Below are positions 1 through 9,668 of a stretch of 64,000 nt of DNA, one piece after another (within the stretch, counting starts at the first letter, position 1; every line of letters starts with the position of its first letter). The notes beneath the pieces were generated by a model that saw only the letters and a program-made list of their open reading frames with translations, was not told where the DNA came from and made no database searches. The DNA comes from Candidatus Aenigmatarchaeota archaeon (GTDB taxonomy: Archaea; Aenigmatarchaeota; Aenigmatarchaeia; QMZP01): assembly GCA_043824495.1 (NCBI GenBank), contig JBDRSV010000010.1, positions 32,001 to 96,000 of the forward strand, in the 5' to 3' direction. A program made the translations under genes and the position numbers.

Positions 1-438
1 GTTGCAGTTTCATCTGTTTTGAGATATGACCTTAATCAATCAGGATTATCTTGTGGAGAAGATTGTCCCCATGAAGGTCAAGTAGAGTTCTTACTAAATA
101 TAATACCTCTTCTAGTAGGATTCGGAATAATGGCCGGAGCAGGCACGTATTATTTGATGTCACAAAGACTTGAAGTAAAAGAAGATTTACTAAAAAGAAA
201 TTCTCAAGTACTTATGAAATTTCTCACACCAGCAGAAAGAAAGGTTGTAGACATGTTAATAGAGGGTCATGGAAAAATTTTACAAGCAGAAATTACACGT
301 CTTCCAGGAATGACTAAAGTTAGTTCTCATAGAACAATAAAGAGATTGATGGAAAAGGGTGTGATAGAATCTGGTCATTTTGGAAAAACAAATATAGTAA
401 AATTAACAAAAGAAGTAAAAGAAGGTCTTTTGTTATAA
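1..438 (+). CDS. Membrane-anchored protein with C-terminal winged-HTH (MarR-like); 5' end outside window
   Basis: Frame 1 is open from base 1. A TM segment is followed by LTPAERKVVDMLIE...QAEITR...SSHRTIKRLMEKGVI (wHTH pattern). Confidence 0.6.
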   Translation, partial: VAVSSVLRYDLNQSGLSCGEDCPHEGQVEFLLNIIPLLVGFGIMAGAGTYYLMSQRLEVKEDLLKRNSQVLMKFLTPAERKVVDMLIEGHGKILQAEITRLPGMTKVSSHRTIKRLMEKGVIESGHFGKTNIVKLTKEVKEGLLL

Positions 439-876
439 CTTCTTCTTGGTCTTAAATCCACCATTCATGTGAATTGAAAACAACATTAATGCGATGCTTA
501 ACAACAAGAATATAGGTCCGTAGATTGCCAGAGTTGAAACAACTCCTATTGGTAACAATAATCCAGCGAATCCTATACAACCAGGACAAACGCCAACTAT
601 AAATGCAAATGCAGCTCCAATTCCGCCTCCGCTAGTACTCTTAATATCACAAACTTTAGGTCCTCTGTATCTGTATATAATGAATGAGACAAACGCACCA
701 AAAAGTGCTACGAACACTACGAATAGCGCTAATTGAATCGGTGGTATTATTTGATACCACAGATCAGTTTGTAATCCAAGTGTTTGCACATAAGGCAGGA
801 AAAAGAACATAAACACGGCAGCAACTACTGCTATTGTAAAGTATGTTCTCTGTCTAAGTGCAATAATAATTTCCAT
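433..876 (-). CDS. Hypothetical membrane protein with C-x-G-C motif
   Basis: 147 aa ORF, four hydrophobic segments, GVCPGCIG. Confidence 0.55.
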   Translation of the reverse strand: MEIIIALRQRTYFTIAVVAAVFMFFFLPYVQTLGLQTDLWYQIIPPIQLALFVVFVALFGAFVSFIIYRYRGPKVCDIKSTSGGGIGAAFAFIVGVCPGCIGFAGLLLPIGVVSTLAIYGPIFLLLSIALMLFSIHMNGGFKTKKKL

Positions 877-1015
877 GGTATACCTTTCTGCTCATTAAAT
901 AATACAGTGCTGTAGCGCTATTAATATAATGACTTTAAGCCCTAAAATATGCTTTAATTAATTGTTTTAATATTCAAGTATAATCTTTATTATAAACCAG
1001 GAGAATTATCTTATT

Positions 1016-1708
1016 ATGACAAAAATAGCATTGGTTACGGGAGCAAACAAGGGAATAGGATTCGAAATAGTCAAACAGCTAGCAGAAAAAGAAATAACAG
1101 TAATTCTCACGGCTAGAGACGAAACAAAAGGAAAGAAAGCTATAGAAAAACTAAAAAAGAAAAATATAATCTTTTGTCAACTTGACGTAAATGATCAAAA
1201 GAGTATAGACAAGGCTTTTGAATTTGTAGAAAAGAAATTTGGAAGATTGGACATTCTTGTTAATAACGCCGGTGTTTATCTTGATGAGAAAAAGACTCCT
1301 CTTAATGTGGATAGAGAGACTGTAAGAAAAACACTAGAAACAAATACAGTCGGTCCCCTATTCATGAGTCAAAAATTCATTCCTCTAATGAAGAAAAACA
1401 AATATGGCAGAATTGTTAATATCTCGAGTGGTGCAGGACAATTATCAAGTATGGATGATTACTATTCGGCTTATGCTATATCCAAAACCGCACTAAATGC
1501 TATCACACGAATGTTAGCAGCAGCAACAAAGGGGACAGATATACTAGTCAATTCTGTGTGTCCTGGATGGGTTAGAACAGACATGGGTGGGTCAGATGCA
1601 GAGAGAGACGTAGAAAAAGGAGCAGAAACTCCTGTATGGCTTGCAACACTTCCAGTTAATGGTCCTACTGGAAAATTCTTCAGAGATAAAGAAGAAATAG
1701 AGTGGTAA
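1016..1708 (+). CDS. SDR family oxidoreductase (carbonyl reductase-like)
   Basis: TGANKGIG, NNAG, YAISK (YxxxK) and CPGWVRTDMGG motifs. Confidence 0.9.
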   Translation: MTKIALVTGANKGIGFEIVKQLAEKEITVILTARDETKGKKAIEKLKKKNIIFCQLDVNDQKSIDKAFEFVEKKFGRLDILVNNAGVYLDEKKTPLNVDRETVRKTLETNTVGPLFMSQKFIPLMKKNKYGRIVNISSGAGQLSSMDDYYSAYAISKTALNAITRMLAAATKGTDILVNSVCPGWVRTDMGGSDAERDVEKGAETPVWLATLPVNGPTGKFFRDKEEIEW

Positions 1709-1712
1709 TTAA

Positions 1713-2852
1713 ATGCTCTTCGAAGCTTTTCTCATTTGGACAGTTTTTGTGTATTTAGTTGAGATAGTCAATTTCAGAAACGTCTTTGGTTTTGTAAGAA
1801 ATCTGGAAGAAATAACAGAACAAAAATACAAATCATATAATCCTCTAGTAAGTGTAATAATACCATTCAAAGGTTTAGATTATGAATTAGAGAAAAACAT
1901 AAAATCTATTCTAAGCCAAAATTATAAAAAAAGAGAATTCATTTTTGTTTATGATGGCGTAAAAGATCCTGTATATAAAATACTCAGGAAATTTAAGGGA
2001 AAAGCCAAACTAATAAAATCGAAACATATCAAGACATGCTCAGGAAAAGTTGCAGCTTTGATTAGTGGAGTAGAAAAATCCAAAGGGTCTGTTTTAGTTT
2101 TCGGAGATTCTGACATAAGACCAACAAAGAATTGGTTGGCAGAACTTATAAAACCCTTGAGCGACAAATCAATAGGCGTCACCACCTCATATAGATTGTA
2201 TTTTCCAATAAAAAACAAATTCATTTCAGCTTTGAAATATACTTGGGATGCAAGTCACATTGGTCTTATGATTAGTAAATATAGATTTGTGTGGGGAGGA
2301 AGCTTTGCTCTCACAAGACAAAACTTTGACAAATTAAAAATAATAAGTCAGTGGAAGACGTCTATAAGCGATGATATAGTTATCACGAAAAATATGAGAA
2401 AATCTGGTTTAGATATAAGATTCTCGCCAAAATCCATAGTTGCTACATATGAAGACACAAATTGGGAAGAATTAAAAGAATGGTCTAACAGACAAATGTT
2501 CTTTGTAAAAAATTATGACAAAAAAACATGGAAATCTGCTTTTTATATATATGGTTATTTCAATTTAGTCTGGTTGATAGGAATTGTTTCTATGGTGATA
2601 GGGATATTCACTCCAATTTATCTAGTATTTGCTTCCTTCTTGTTGTTCACTCTAGTGCTGATAATGATAAGAGATTCTATGCGTGAATCAGCGATACAGA
2701 AGGTATTGCCAGAGTACAGAGAAGAGTTCGGGAAATACAAAACTAAGAAAATATTATCTAGCATTCTCACAAAACCACTAACCATGTACAACATTTTCAA
2801 AGTGAGAAAATTAGATGAGATATCCTGGAGAGGAAGAAAATACTCTGTCTAG
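1713..2852 (+). CDS. GT2 glycosyltransferase (ceramide glucosyltransferase/HpnI-like), membrane-bound
   Basis: VSVIIP, GKVAAL, DSD, WGGS, DD and C-terminal WRGRKY motifs. Confidence 0.8.
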   Translation: MLFEAFLIWTVFVYLVEIVNFRNVFGFVRNLEEITEQKYKSYNPLVSVIIPFKGLDYELEKNIKSILSQNYKKREFIFVYDGVKDPVYKILRKFKGKAKLIKSKHIKTCSGKVAALISGVEKSKGSVLVFGDSDIRPTKNWLAELIKPLSDKSIGVTTSYRLYFPIKNKFISALKYTWDASHIGLMISKYRFVWGGSFALTRQNFDKLKIISQWKTSISDDIVITKNMRKSGLDIRFSPKSIVATYEDTNWEELKEWSNRQMFFVKNYDKKTWKSAFYIYGYFNLVWLIGIVSMVIGIFTPIYLVFASFLLFTLVLIMIRDSMRESAIQKVLPEYREEFGKYKTKKILSSILTKPLTMYNIFKVRKLDEISWRGRKYSV

Positions 2853-2853
2853 T

Positions 2854-2878
2854 TTATTGGCATACTGGCACGGTCCTA
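2854..2878 (+). repeat. 25-nt dispersed motif TTATTGGCATACTGGCACGGTCCTA, copy 1
   Basis: The same motif occurs at 25608-25640 with an extra 8-nt unit. Confidence 0.75.
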
Positions 2879-2933
2879 CCCTCAGAGTTTTAAACAAAGC
2901 ATACTATTTTAATCTAAGTGCTAACAAGAATCT

Positions 2934-4139
2934 ATGATATACTCACACTCTCGTTTGAAATGTTTTGAACAGTGTCCATACAAGTTTAAGTTGAAGTATA
3001 TAGAAAAAATAAAACCCAAACTTGAGCAAAGTATAGAATCTTTCCTTGGTTCTAGAGTTCATGATACATTAGAAAAGCTTTACAATGACTTGAAATTTAA
3101 GAAATTTAATTCTCTAGAGGAATTGCTAATACATTTCAATGATGAATGGAAAAGAAATTGGAATTCAGAGATATTGATTGTTAGAAAGGATTATGTACCA
3201 GAGAATTATAGGAAGATGGGAGAACAATTCATAACAGATTACTACAAAAGATATTATCCTTTCAGGGATGGAAAAATTATTGGTTTAGAAAAAAGAATTA
3301 TGATCAATCTAGATTCAGAAGGAAAATATAAACTCCAAGGTTTCATAGACAGATTAATGACGACGGGTGACGGAAAATATGAGATTCATGATTACAAAAC
3401 CAATGCAGATCTTCCTCTAGAAGAATATATGAAAGAAGATAGACAACTAGCTTTGTATGCTCTTGCTGTCTTACATGGATATCAAGATGCAAATAAAATA
3501 AAATTGATTTGGCACTTCTTAGCTACAGATAAAGAGATTGTAGTAGAGAAAACAAAAGAAGAATTAGATAAGCTAAGAAAAGATACTATTGAATTAATAC
3601 AGAAAATAGAAAATGAAAGAGAGCATAAGACTCGAGTTTCTAAATTATGTGATTGGTGTGAGTTTAGAGAGCAGTGTCCTGAGTGGAGTCACATAGTTAA
3701 AACAGAAAATCTAGAACCAAATAAATTCTTGGATGAGCCTGGAATCAAGCTAGTGAATAGGTACGCGGAACTACAAAATGAAAAAACTAAACACTGTGAA
3801 AAGATTGATAAAGAAATGGATCAAGTAAAAGAAGCACTGATAAAAGTTTCAGAAAAAGAGAATGCTTCTGTAATCAATGGATCAGACCACATTGCAAAAA
3901 TATGGATAAAAGAGTGTTCGAAACTTCCTGGAAAAAATGATCCGACACGTGATGATCTTGAAAAAATACTAAAAGCTTTTGGTGAGTGGAATAGTGTTGC
4001 ACAGTTGGATACTTTCAAATTATCCAGAATGATTGATGATGAGCAAGTACCTCCAGACGTAATGAAAGAGATAGAGAAGTTCATAGAAAAAACAAAAGTA
4101 GAAAGGATTTACTTGAGAAAGAAGAATGAAAAAGTCTAA
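2934..4139 (+). CDS. PD-(D/E)XK RecB/Cas4-like nuclease with Fe-S cysteines
   Basis: SHSRLKCFEQCP, GFIDRL...IHDYKT, LCDWCEFREQC. No CRISPR array in the window. Confidence 0.8.
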   Translation: MIYSHSRLKCFEQCPYKFKLKYIEKIKPKLEQSIESFLGSRVHDTLEKLYNDLKFKKFNSLEELLIHFNDEWKRNWNSEILIVRKDYVPENYRKMGEQFITDYYKRYYPFRDGKIIGLEKRIMINLDSEGKYKLQGFIDRLMTTGDGKYEIHDYKTNADLPLEEYMKEDRQLALYALAVLHGYQDANKIKLIWHFLATDKEIVVEKTKEELDKLRKDTIELIQKIENEREHKTRVSKLCDWCEFREQCPEWSHIVKTENLEPNKFLDEPGIKLVNRYAELQNEKTKHCEKIDKEMDQVKEALIKVSEKENASVINGSDHIAKIWIKECSKLPGKNDPTRDDLEKILKAFGEWNSVAQLDTFKLSRMIDDEQVPPDVMKEIEKFIEKTKVERIYLRKKNEKV

Positions 4140-4190
4140 TGATGTTGGATGCATCTGTGGAATAACATTTATTTTTGGTAGAATATAATC

Positions 4191-4514
4191 CTAAGAGAAA
4201 ACGCCTGTAAATGTTTTACAGAATTGTGCTTTAGCAATCTTGAGATGTCTCTTTCCATCTTCTGTTAAAGTGTAAGTGATTGTTTTGCCCTCTTTTTTTT
4301 CATTTAGGAGCCCATACATTTTCAAGCCCTTAAGAGCTGGATAGATAGTTCCAGGACTAGGCTTTTCGCCCTTTCTTTTTTCAATCTCTTTAGCTATTTC
4401 TTGACCATTCATTGCTTTCTTAGAAAGCAAGAAGAGTATAAGAAAAGAAAGCATGCCTCTCATATCACAGTAACAACCGTGTTTCTCTCTTTCATGACCT
4501 TTCGTACTATCCAT
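4191..4514 (-). CDS. PadR family transcriptional regulator (N-terminal CxC)
   Basis: SPGTIYPALKGL...YTLTEDG motif. Confidence 0.85.
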   Translation of the reverse strand: MDSTKGHEREKHGCYCDMRGMLSFLILFLLSKKAMNGQEIAKEIEKRKGEKPSPGTIYPALKGLKMYGLLNEKKEGKTITYTLTEDGKRHLKIAKAQFCKTFTGVFS

Positions 4515-4520
4515 ATTATA

Positions 4521-4549
4521 TATTGGATATACGATACATTTAAATGTAT
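4521..4549 (+). promoter_or_regulatory. Putative operator TATTG-N6-CGATA abutting TATA box TTTAAAT
   Basis: Matches the palindromes at 5165-5180 and 5206-5221. CGATACATTTAAAT is identical to 5176-5189. Confidence 0.5.
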
Positions 4550-4568
4550 TGTTATCCTAGATTATCGT

Positions 4569-5162
4569 ATGCCTCGAGGATTTCCTAATTGGGACGATGT
4601 GTACAAGAATGAAGACCCAGAAAAAATGCCCTGGTTTAGCAGAGAGTTGGATTCTGATTTAGATGAGACCATTAAAAAAATGAATATAAATTCTGGTAGT
4701 TTTCTCGACTTAGGAACAGGACCTGGTTCACAAGCAATTAGATTATCCGAGAAGGGTTTCGAAGTAACTGGTTCTGATATATCAGAACATGCAATAGAGA
4801 AAGCCAAAAAGCTCGAATCTAAAATCAATTTTGTTGTAGATGACATACTAGATACAAAACTTCCAAAAGAATCTTATGATTACATATTTGATAGAGGATG
4901 CTTTCATGTTCTAGAACCTGAACAAAGAGAAAAATATATAGAAAATGTTTTGAGTATACTGAAAACTGGTGGAATATTATTCCTAAAACTGTTCAGTAAA
5001 AGGGAACCCGAGATACAAGGACCTCAAAAATTCGATCCAGATGAGATAAAAATCATGTTTGAAAAATATTTCGAGATAGAAAGTATAGAAGAAATCGAGT
5101 ATCAGAGCGATACTCTAACAGAGAAACCTAAAGCCTTATTTTGTATATTAAAGAAGAAATGA
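4569..5162 (+). CDS. Class I SAM-dependent methyltransferase (TPMT/TehB-like)
   Basis: Start reassigned to MPRGF at 4569. PW, LDLGTGPG and FDRGCFH motifs. Confidence 0.8.
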   Translation: MPRGFPNWDDVYKNEDPEKMPWFSRELDSDLDETIKKMNINSGSFLDLGTGPGSQAIRLSEKGFEVTGSDISEHAIEKAKKLESKINFVVDDILDTKLPKESYDYIFDRGCFHVLEPEQREKYIENVLSILKTGGILFLKLFSKREPEIQGPQKFDPDEIKIMFEKYFEIESIEEIEYQSDTLTEKPKALFCILKKK

Positions 5163-5164
5163 TA

Positions 5165-5221
5165 TATCGGGTAACCGATACATTTAAATACCTACTAAAC
5201 TAATATATCGTATACCCGATA
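5165..5221 (+). promoter_or_regulatory. Two TATCG-N6-CGATA palindromes flanking a TATA box
   Basis: tatcg-ggtaac-cgata (5165-5180), tttaaata, tatcg-tatacc-cgata (5206-5221). Confidence 0.6.
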
Positions 5222-5244
5222 TAAAATTCACAGGAGGTGAAAAT

Positions 5245-5406
5245 ATGAACGGAAAATGTGGTAGTAATGGTAGTTGTGGTTGTGGAACCGAAAGAAGCTT
5301 CGTAACAAAAGCAGAAAAAATAGAAATGTTAGAAGAATACAAAAAGAGTTTAGAAAATGAAGCTAAAGGTGTCGCTGAAAGGATTCAAGAGCTCAAGAAG
5401 AATTAA
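5245..5406 (+). CDS. Small Cys/Gly-rich coiled-coil protein (DUF5320-like), 53 aa; not in ORF track
   Basis: SD GGAGGTGA. MNGKCGSNGSCGCGTERSFVTKAEKIEMLEEYKKSLENEAKGVAERIQELKKN. Confidence 0.75.
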   Translation: MNGKCGSNGSCGCGTERSFVTKAEKIEMLEEYKKSLENEAKGVAERIQELKKN

Positions 5407-5467
5407 TCCTTTCTTCTTTTTCTTTTCCCTGAAGGGAATTTATTATATTTATGATTAGAAGAAAGAG

Positions 5468-5588
5468 TGCGCCAGCCGGGAGTGTCGGTCTCCACCCGTT
5501 GATATAATATGTATTCATTCGGGAAGAGTCATTCGAACCCGGATCTCCACCGTGGCAGGGTGACGTCCTACCATTAGACTACTAGCGC
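5468..5588 (-). tRNA. tRNA-Gly(GCC) with 50-nt intron at 59/60 (intron 5482-5531); CCA not encoded
   Basis: Acceptor GCGCTAG/CTGGCGC, anticodon arm TCACC-CTGCCAC-GGTGG, T arm CCGGG-TTCGAA|T-CCCGG after removing the intron. BHB with bulges AAT and ACT. Confidence 0.92.
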
Positions 5589-5623
5589 ATTATTGAATGA
5601 TATTATTATTGGTGATTTAAATG

Positions 5624-6445
5624 TTATTCCTCTAATCCTAGTTGAAAAAACGGTCTCATAAATTCAGTCAAAGCGTATTTTTTTTCATTCGCATCGACAA
5701 CGAAAAGAGACCCATAATCATCAGAGTATAATCTATCCCAAGGCTCTGTGCATCTCCTCATCATAACTTTTGCTATTGCATAATATGCTAAATCGAGAAC
5801 ATCAGCTCCTTTAGAGTTGTATTCGGTTTTTAATTCTTGCTGAAGAGCAATTTCATCATCCATTTCTCCATCAATCGAGTATATGAAAGAATTGACACCT
5901 TTACGCCAAACAGAAAGAACGTCTTTTTTATCAAATTCATAAAGAGCTTCTAGGAGCGCGGATTCATATTCCCCTACCAACTGTCTCACGCGATGATTTT
6001 TCATCCAACCATCTTGAAGAATTTCAGCTACATCTGGCCTTTCTGTATAAAAAGTTCCAGCAGAATTTAGATCTATTATAAGTCCCTCGCTCATTACTAC
6101 AGGGGTTACTAAAGTAGAAGGACTAGTATCTATCAAAGAAATTGAACCTCTTGCAATTTCTCTGGCTCCTTGTAGAAATGCTAAATGCATCATCGTTTCT
6201 TTTCTAAGCCATGTTGGTCCTAATACACCCATCATGGTTTGTGGATCGTCTCCGTCAAAATAACAACCATCATTTAGAAGTACTCTTCTAAGAAATTCGC
6301 TCTTAGGAAAATTATCGAGTATCCATTCTACTCTTTCATCCATAGCTACAACTTTGTCCATTAAAGCTTCAGCTACGTCGTCGGTTGTACCTCCTGGTAG
6401 ATCTAGCATAATTGGATACTTAGCTAAAAACTTATCTCTGTCCAT
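5624..6445 (-). CDS. Hypothetical protein
   Basis: 273 aa acidic ORF, no motif recognised. Confidence 0.55.
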   Translation of the reverse strand: MDRDKFLAKYPIMLDLPGGTTDDVAEALMDKVVAMDERVEWILDNFPKSEFLRRVLLNDGCYFDGDDPQTMMGVLGPTWLRKETMMHLAFLQGAREIARGSISLIDTSPSTLVTPVVMSEGLIIDLNSAGTFYTERPDVAEILQDGWMKNHRVRQLVGEYESALLEALYEFDKKDVLSVWRKGVNSFIYSIDGEMDDEIALQQELKTEYNSKGADVLDLAYYAIAKVMMRRCTEPWDRLYSDDYGSLFVVDANEKKYALTEFMRPFFQLGLEE

Positions 6446-6477
6446 ATCAGAAAATTAAAACTAACTTTTATAAACGC

Positions 6478-6597
6478 TTATTCCTTCTTGATTTTCTTAA
6501 CATTTATACTTCTACAATTAGGACAAAGTCGTGTAGCTGGTTCCATGAATAATGGTTTTCCAGTCCATCCACAACTTTCACATTCATATTTAGCCAT
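6478..6597 (-). CDS. Small zinc-ribbon protein (39 aa); not in ORF track
   Basis: MAKYECESCGWTGKPLFMEPATRLCPNCRSINVKKIKKE, two CxxC pairs. Confidence 0.65.
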   Translation of the reverse strand: MAKYECESCGWTGKPLFMEPATRLCPNCRSINVKKIKKE

Positions 6598-6626
6598 ATA
6601 TATCACTAGATTGTAATTTTTATAAA

Positions 6627-7952
6627 TCAACCACTCATACCGAATTGTTTAGCAATGTTTGCAAGAGGTCCACGCTTCAAGCCTTTTCCACCCTTTGTCA
6701 TCTTCATAATTTTCTTAGATTGCTTGTAGTGCTTTAGGAGATCGCGAACTTCAGATTCTGATATTCCTGATCCCTTTGCTATTCTTTGTATTCTCTGTGC
6801 CTTGATTAAATCAGGCTCTCTTTTCTCTTTAGGAGTCATTGATTGTATAGCAAATTCCCATTTCTTCATTTTTTCTTCTTGAACATCAAGCATACCCTTT
6901 GGTATCTTCATCTTGCTTGCGCCTGGGATCATTTCCATGATACCGGATAAAGAGCCCATTTTCTTAACAGATTTGATCTGATCAAAGAATTCCTCTAAAG
7001 TGAACTCTCCTTCAAGCATTTTCTTTGCAGTTTCGCTATCAACACCAAGTTCCTTTGCTTTATCAAGCAATCCCTGTATATCTCCATAACCAATAAGCTT
7101 GGATACGAATCTCTTAGGATCATATACCTGGAAATCATCGGTTTTCTCTCCTAGACCAATAAACTTGATCTTAGCTCCTGAAACAGATGTAGCTACTAGA
7201 GCTCCACCACCTTTAGCTGTACCATCGAGCTTGCTAACGATTACACCTGTAATACCTACAAGTTTTGTGAATTCTTCGCTCTGTCTCCTAGCTGCTTGAC
7301 CTATATCAGCTGGTATAACTAGGATGACCTCGTCTGGCTTGATTATATCGCTCAGATTCTTGAGTTCTTTGGCTAGATCTTTGTCTAGAGCGTCTCTACC
7401 TGCAGAATCAAAGATGATTACATCGTCCTTACTCTTCTCCAGGGCTTTCTTGGCTATATCCTCGGGCTTTTTACCCTCTCTATAAACAGGGACTTCGAGT
7501 TTATCTCCCAATTGGTTGAGCTGGTCTTGAGCAGCTGCTCTGTGTGTATCACAAGCAACCAAACCCGGTTTCAAACCTCTAACCTTAAACCACTTGGCTA
7601 GCTTGCCTATGGTTGTGGTTTTTCCTGAACCGAAAAGGCCAATAACAAGGATTTTCTGTTTTTTGAGCTCTATTTCACCTTTTTCTTCACCTAAAAAGCT
7701 AACAAGCTCGTCATATAAAATTTTGACAAAATGCTCTTTCAGAGTCATTCCTACTGGAGGTTTCTCATCTAGAACTTTCTTCTTAATTTTTGTAGATAAT
7801 TCAGAAACTAGGGCTACGTCTACGTCTGCTAGTAGTAATGCTCTTTGTAAATCCTTAACAATTTCCTCTACAGCAGCCTTATCCACGATACCTAAGCCTG
7901 TGATTCTCTTGAGTGTGCCTTTCAAAGATGAACCTAGATTTTCTAAGACCAT
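6627..7952 (-). CDS. srp54: Signal recognition particle protein SRP54
   Basis: GLFGSGKTTT, DSAGR, SKLDGTAKGGGAL, Met-rich M domain. Confidence 0.97.
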   Translation of the reverse strand: MVLENLGSSLKGTLKRITGLGIVDKAAVEEIVKDLQRALLLADVDVALVSELSTKIKKKVLDEKPPVGMTLKEHFVKILYDELVSFLGEEKGEIELKKQKILVIGLFGSGKTTTIGKLAKWFKVRGLKPGLVACDTHRAAAQDQLNQLGDKLEVPVYREGKKPEDIAKKALEKSKDDVIIFDSAGRDALDKDLAKELKNLSDIIKPDEVILVIPADIGQAARRQSEEFTKLVGITGVIVSKLDGTAKGGGALVATSVSGAKIKFIGLGEKTDDFQVYDPKRFVSKLIGYGDIQGLLDKAKELGVDSETAKKMLEGEFTLEEFFDQIKSVKKMGSLSGIMEMIPGASKMKIPKGMLDVQEEKMKKWEFAIQSMTPKEKREPDLIKAQRIQRIAKGSGISESEVRDLLKHYKQSKKIMKMTKGGKGLKRGPLANIAKQFGMSG

Positions 7953-8001
7953 ATATAATCCTGTCTATGCTTATTTAAAAAGGCTAAAATAAGAGTAAAA
8001 G

Positions 8002-8760
8002 CTATTCAGCGAGCTCGAAGCTTGCTTCTCCGCCGTTCTTGTTAATATCTCTTACTATGTTCTTGCTAACTTCTGTTACTTTGGCTTCAATTTCTTTGTA
8101 GTTTCCACCAGTTCCCTGAAGAGTGTACCTAGGAGCTGATACATACTTGATCGTCAATTCATCATCTTTGATTTTAGATAAAACATCCTTGATTATGTTT
8201 ATGCCATTTGGTTTGTAACAGACTATATTCAAAATAGATGTAACTATGTAGGTTTTACTTCCTCTGTTCTTTTTAGCTACTTCCTCTATGAATGATAACC
8301 ATTCACTCTTAATTTTTTTAGTCTTCAAAAGATCAGGATTTTTCACAGCCATTTCAAAAGCTTTTGTGAGAGAACCAAATCCGTCCTGTAGATCATAACC
8401 AATTTCATCATATGCTTGATCCAATGTTTTATTCATTTTCTTTGCAATAATCTCAAGCATTTTCTCTGCTTTTCTTTCTCTTTTGAATTCATTCAGCTTG
8501 CTGTTTACCTGTTCTTTATGAACCCTCTTAATAGATAGGTTTATACCGTCTTTATCAACTCCCATTACCTTACAAACAACATACTGATTTTCTTTTAAGA
8601 AATCTCTAATGTTTCTTACCCATTTGCTTGCAACTTCAGAAACCTGGATCAATCCAGTTTTATTATACTCTACGAGATTTGCTATAGCAGAATTAGGATG
8701 GATTTTTAATATTTTACAGACTACAATTTCGTTGAATTGTGGACTTCCACTCTTCTTCAT
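8002..8760 (-). CDS. eif2a: Translation initiation factor aIF2 alpha
   Basis: S1 domain, [15 protein letters not shown]; conserved position after rps27e. Confidence 0.93.
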   Translation of the reverse strand: MKKSGSPQFNEIVVCKILKIHPNSAIANLVEYNKTGLIQVSEVASKWVRNIRDFLKENQYVVCKVMGVDKDGINLSIKRVHKEQVNSKLNEFKRERKAEKMLEIIAKKMNKTLDQAYDEIGYDLQDGFGSLTKAFEMAVKNPDLLKTKKIKSEWLSFIEEVAKKNRGSKTYIVTSILNIVCYKPNGINIIKDVLSKIKDDELTIKYVSAPRYTLQGTGGNYKEIEAKVTEVSKNIVRDINKNGGEASFELAE

Positions 8761-8921
8761 TTAGCTTCTCCTAGTACCGTGGCTAAGATTTTAGCTTTAC
8801 CGCCTGTTGGTTCTGCAAGTGTCTTACCACAAACCAAACACTTCACTTCTGAAGATGGTTTTTCAAATATCACTTGTTCATTTTTGCATTCACACTTAAC
8901 CTTCAAAAATTTACCTGTCAT
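8757..8921 (-). CDS. rps27e: 30S ribosomal protein S27e (54 aa); not in ORF track
   Basis: [19 protein letters not shown]...[20 protein letters not shown]; its stop overlaps the aIF2a ATG. Confidence 0.95.
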   Translation of the reverse strand: MTGKFLKVKCECKNEQVIFEKPSSEVKCLVCGKTLAEPTGGKAKILATVLGEAK

Positions 8922-8923
8922 AA

Positions 8924-9319
8924 TTATCCTTCCCCTTTTACGTAATTACTATAATTTCCGATCTCACCATCCACAAATGAATGATGAGGTAGGGTGTCTC
9001 CGTCATTCCCATATATGAAATGACCGAAGTCCATATCTCTAAATTTCATCACTCTGTTTTCAGGTCCTAATTCAGTCTGCAATATCTTGTAATCATGAAT
9101 TTCGGAATCTAATATTCTCAATGATTCGTTTTCCCCATCCAAAACGGATATGACACCGTTGCCATACCCTGAGACCATATAAATTTCTGGGAACATATTA
9201 ACCCCGTCCCAGTTTCTAATACGGGAAGTTGGTATTATCAAAGCTCCTATTCGAATATTATCCATGGATAGCATTTCTAATTCTTTGCCCCTGACCTGAT
9301 ATCCTGCAAACATAATCAC
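8924..9319 (-). CDS. Hypothetical protein inserted between rpl44e and rps27e
   Basis: 131 aa ORF exactly filling the gap between the two ribosomal genes. Confidence 0.55.
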   Translation of the reverse strand: MIMFAGYQVRGKELEMLSMDNIRIGALIIPTSRIRNWDGVNMFPEIYMVSGYGNGVISVLDGENESLRILDSEIHDYKILQTELGPENRVMKFRDMDFGHFIYGNDGDTLPHHSFVDGEIGNYSNYVKGEG

Positions 9320-9607
9320 CTACGTTAATTCTAACTTTTTTACTCTGAAACCCTTCTTGGTGTGCATTTTCTTACATTCATTACACTTGAATCTTAAATC
9401 AACCTTTTGTGTAGGTTTTTTAGCTACAGCAGGTTTTGAATATTTACCATGACCACCATATCCCCTCTTGATTCTGTCTTTTCTTTTGTTGCTTTGTGAG
9501 TTAGGGTGAGCAGTTCCTCTACCTCTTTGCTTTCCCTGTTTCACTACGTGTTCTGTGTGTTTCTTGCACTTTGGGCAATATGTGTTTACATTCTTTGGAT
9601 ACTTCAT
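9320..9607 (-). CDS. rpl44e: 50S ribosomal protein L44e
   Basis: MKYPKNVNTYCPKCKKHTEH...GYGGHG...CNECKK. Confidence 0.97.
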   Translation of the reverse strand: MKYPKNVNTYCPKCKKHTEHVVKQGKQRGRGTAHPNSQSNKRKDRIKRGYGGHGKYSKPAVAKKPTQKVDLRFKCNECKKMHTKKGFRVKKLELT

Positions 9608-9668
9608 ACTATCACTTCTAATATCTGTTATTAAGAGATATTTATATATAAAAAGATATGTGCAGGGC

